This document shows, one piece after another, positions 5,136 through 5,906 of a stretch of DNA of 5,906 nucleotides (position 1 is its first letter; each line of letters begins with the position of its first letter). The notes under the pieces were generated by a model that was given only the letters and a program-made list of their open reading frames with translations, had not been told where the DNA came from and did not search any database. The position numbers were made by a program, and so were the translations under genes. This stretch comes from a virus (lineage: Duplodnaviria > Heunggongvirae > Uroviricota > Caudoviricetes): IMG/VR virus record IMGVR_UViG_2648501392_000003, one strand, 5' to 3'.

Positions 5136-5906
5136 GCTGCCACCTTCTGTTCAGTGGCTTTTTGTTTCAGGAATCCAAGAGCTTTTACTGCTTCGGCCTG
5201 TGTCAGTTCTGACGATGCACGAATGTCGCGGCGAAATATCTGGGAACAGAGCGGCAATAAGTCGTCATCCCATGTTTTATCCAGGGCGATCAGCAGAGTG
5301 TTAATTTCCTGCATGGTTTCATCGTTAACCGGAGTGATGTCGCGTTCCGGCTGACGTTCTGCAGTGTATGCGGTATTTTCGACAATGCGCTCGGCTTCAT
5401 CCTTGTCATAGATACCAGCAAATCCGAAGGCGAGACGGGCACACTGAATCATGGCTTTATGACGTAACATCCGTTTGGGATGCGACTGCCACGGCCCCGT
5501 GATTTCTCTGCCTTCGCGGGTTTTGAATGGTTCGCGGCGGCATTCATCCATCCACTCGGTAACGCAGATCGGATGATTACGGTCCTTGCGGTAAATCCGG
5601 CATGTGCAGGATTCATTGTCCTGCTCAAAGTCCATGCCATCAAAATGCTGGTTTTCATTGATGATGCGGGACCAGCCATCAACGCCCACCACCGGAACGA
5701 TGCCGTTCTGCTTATCAGGGAAGGCGTAAATTTCTTTCGTCCACGGATTAAGGCCGTACTGGTTGGCGACGATCAACAATGCGATGAACTGCGCATCGCT
5801 GGCATCGCCTTTAAATGCCGTCTGGCGAAGAGTGGTGATCAGTTCCTGTGGGTCGACAGAATCCATGCCGACACGTTCAGCCAGCTTCCCTGCCAGCGTT
5901 GCGAGT
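5132..5906 (-). CDS. bet: Lambda-type single-strand annealing protein Bet (Red-beta), 5' end truncated by the window edge
   Basis: The track ORF starts at an internal Met (5866). The frame stays open to 5906 and encodes [13 protein letters not shown] before [20 protein letters not shown]..., matching the lambda Bet N-terminus [22 protein letters not shown]; only about 4 codons lie outside the window. Confidence 0.95.
   Translation of the reverse strand, partial: LATLAGKLAERVGMDSVDPQELITTLRQTAFKGDASDAQFIALLIVANQYGLNPWTKEIYAFPDKQNGIVPVVGVDGWSRIINENQHFDGMDFEQDNESCTCRIYRKDRNHPICVTEWMDECRREPFKTREGREITGPWQSHPKRMLRHKAMIQCARLAFGFAGIYDKDEAERIVENTAYTAERQPERDITPVNDETMQEINTLLIALDKTWDDDLLPLCSQIFRRDIRASSELTQAEAVKALGFLKQKATEQKVAA

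Noticed and set aside
5038-5682. Plus-strand ORFs 5038..5304 and 5061..5354, and minus-strand 77-aa ORF 5449..5682 nested in bet
   Set aside because: They overlap exo/bet, which read as near-lambda proteins; these are alternative-frame or antisense open frames without independent support.
1-5906. CRISPR arrays, tandem repeats or rRNA/tRNA genes anywhere in the window
   Set aside because: No regularly spaced direct repeats or structured RNA gene signatures noticed on either strand; the window is densely protein-coding on the minus strand.

Overview
This window is the left (integration/recombination) end of a lambdoid prophage, with every supportable gene on the minus strand, consistent with one leftward early (pL-type) operon. 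Reading right to left: bet (5' end runs off the window), exo, an orf60a-like gene, an orf63-like gene, a 71/93-aa hypothetical, a TraR/DksA-type zinc-finger gene, a candidate intrinsic terminator, an Ea22-like coiled-coil gene, a DUF551-type gene, three tiny genes (27, 80 and 44 aa; two are missing from the ORF track), an excisionase-like gene and a tyrosine integrase. About 70 bp beyond the integrase stop the terminus of an IS3-family element (IS629-like) begins and runs off the left edge. The exo-bet block matches lambda as I recall it, while the int/xis module does not and looks more AT-rich by eye, so the element is mosaic. The best candidate for something undescribed is the small-gene cassette between xis and the DUF551 gene, especially the unannotated 27-aa membrane peptide, but its function is inference only. 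All identifications rest on reading the sequence and on remembered family features; no database search was run.
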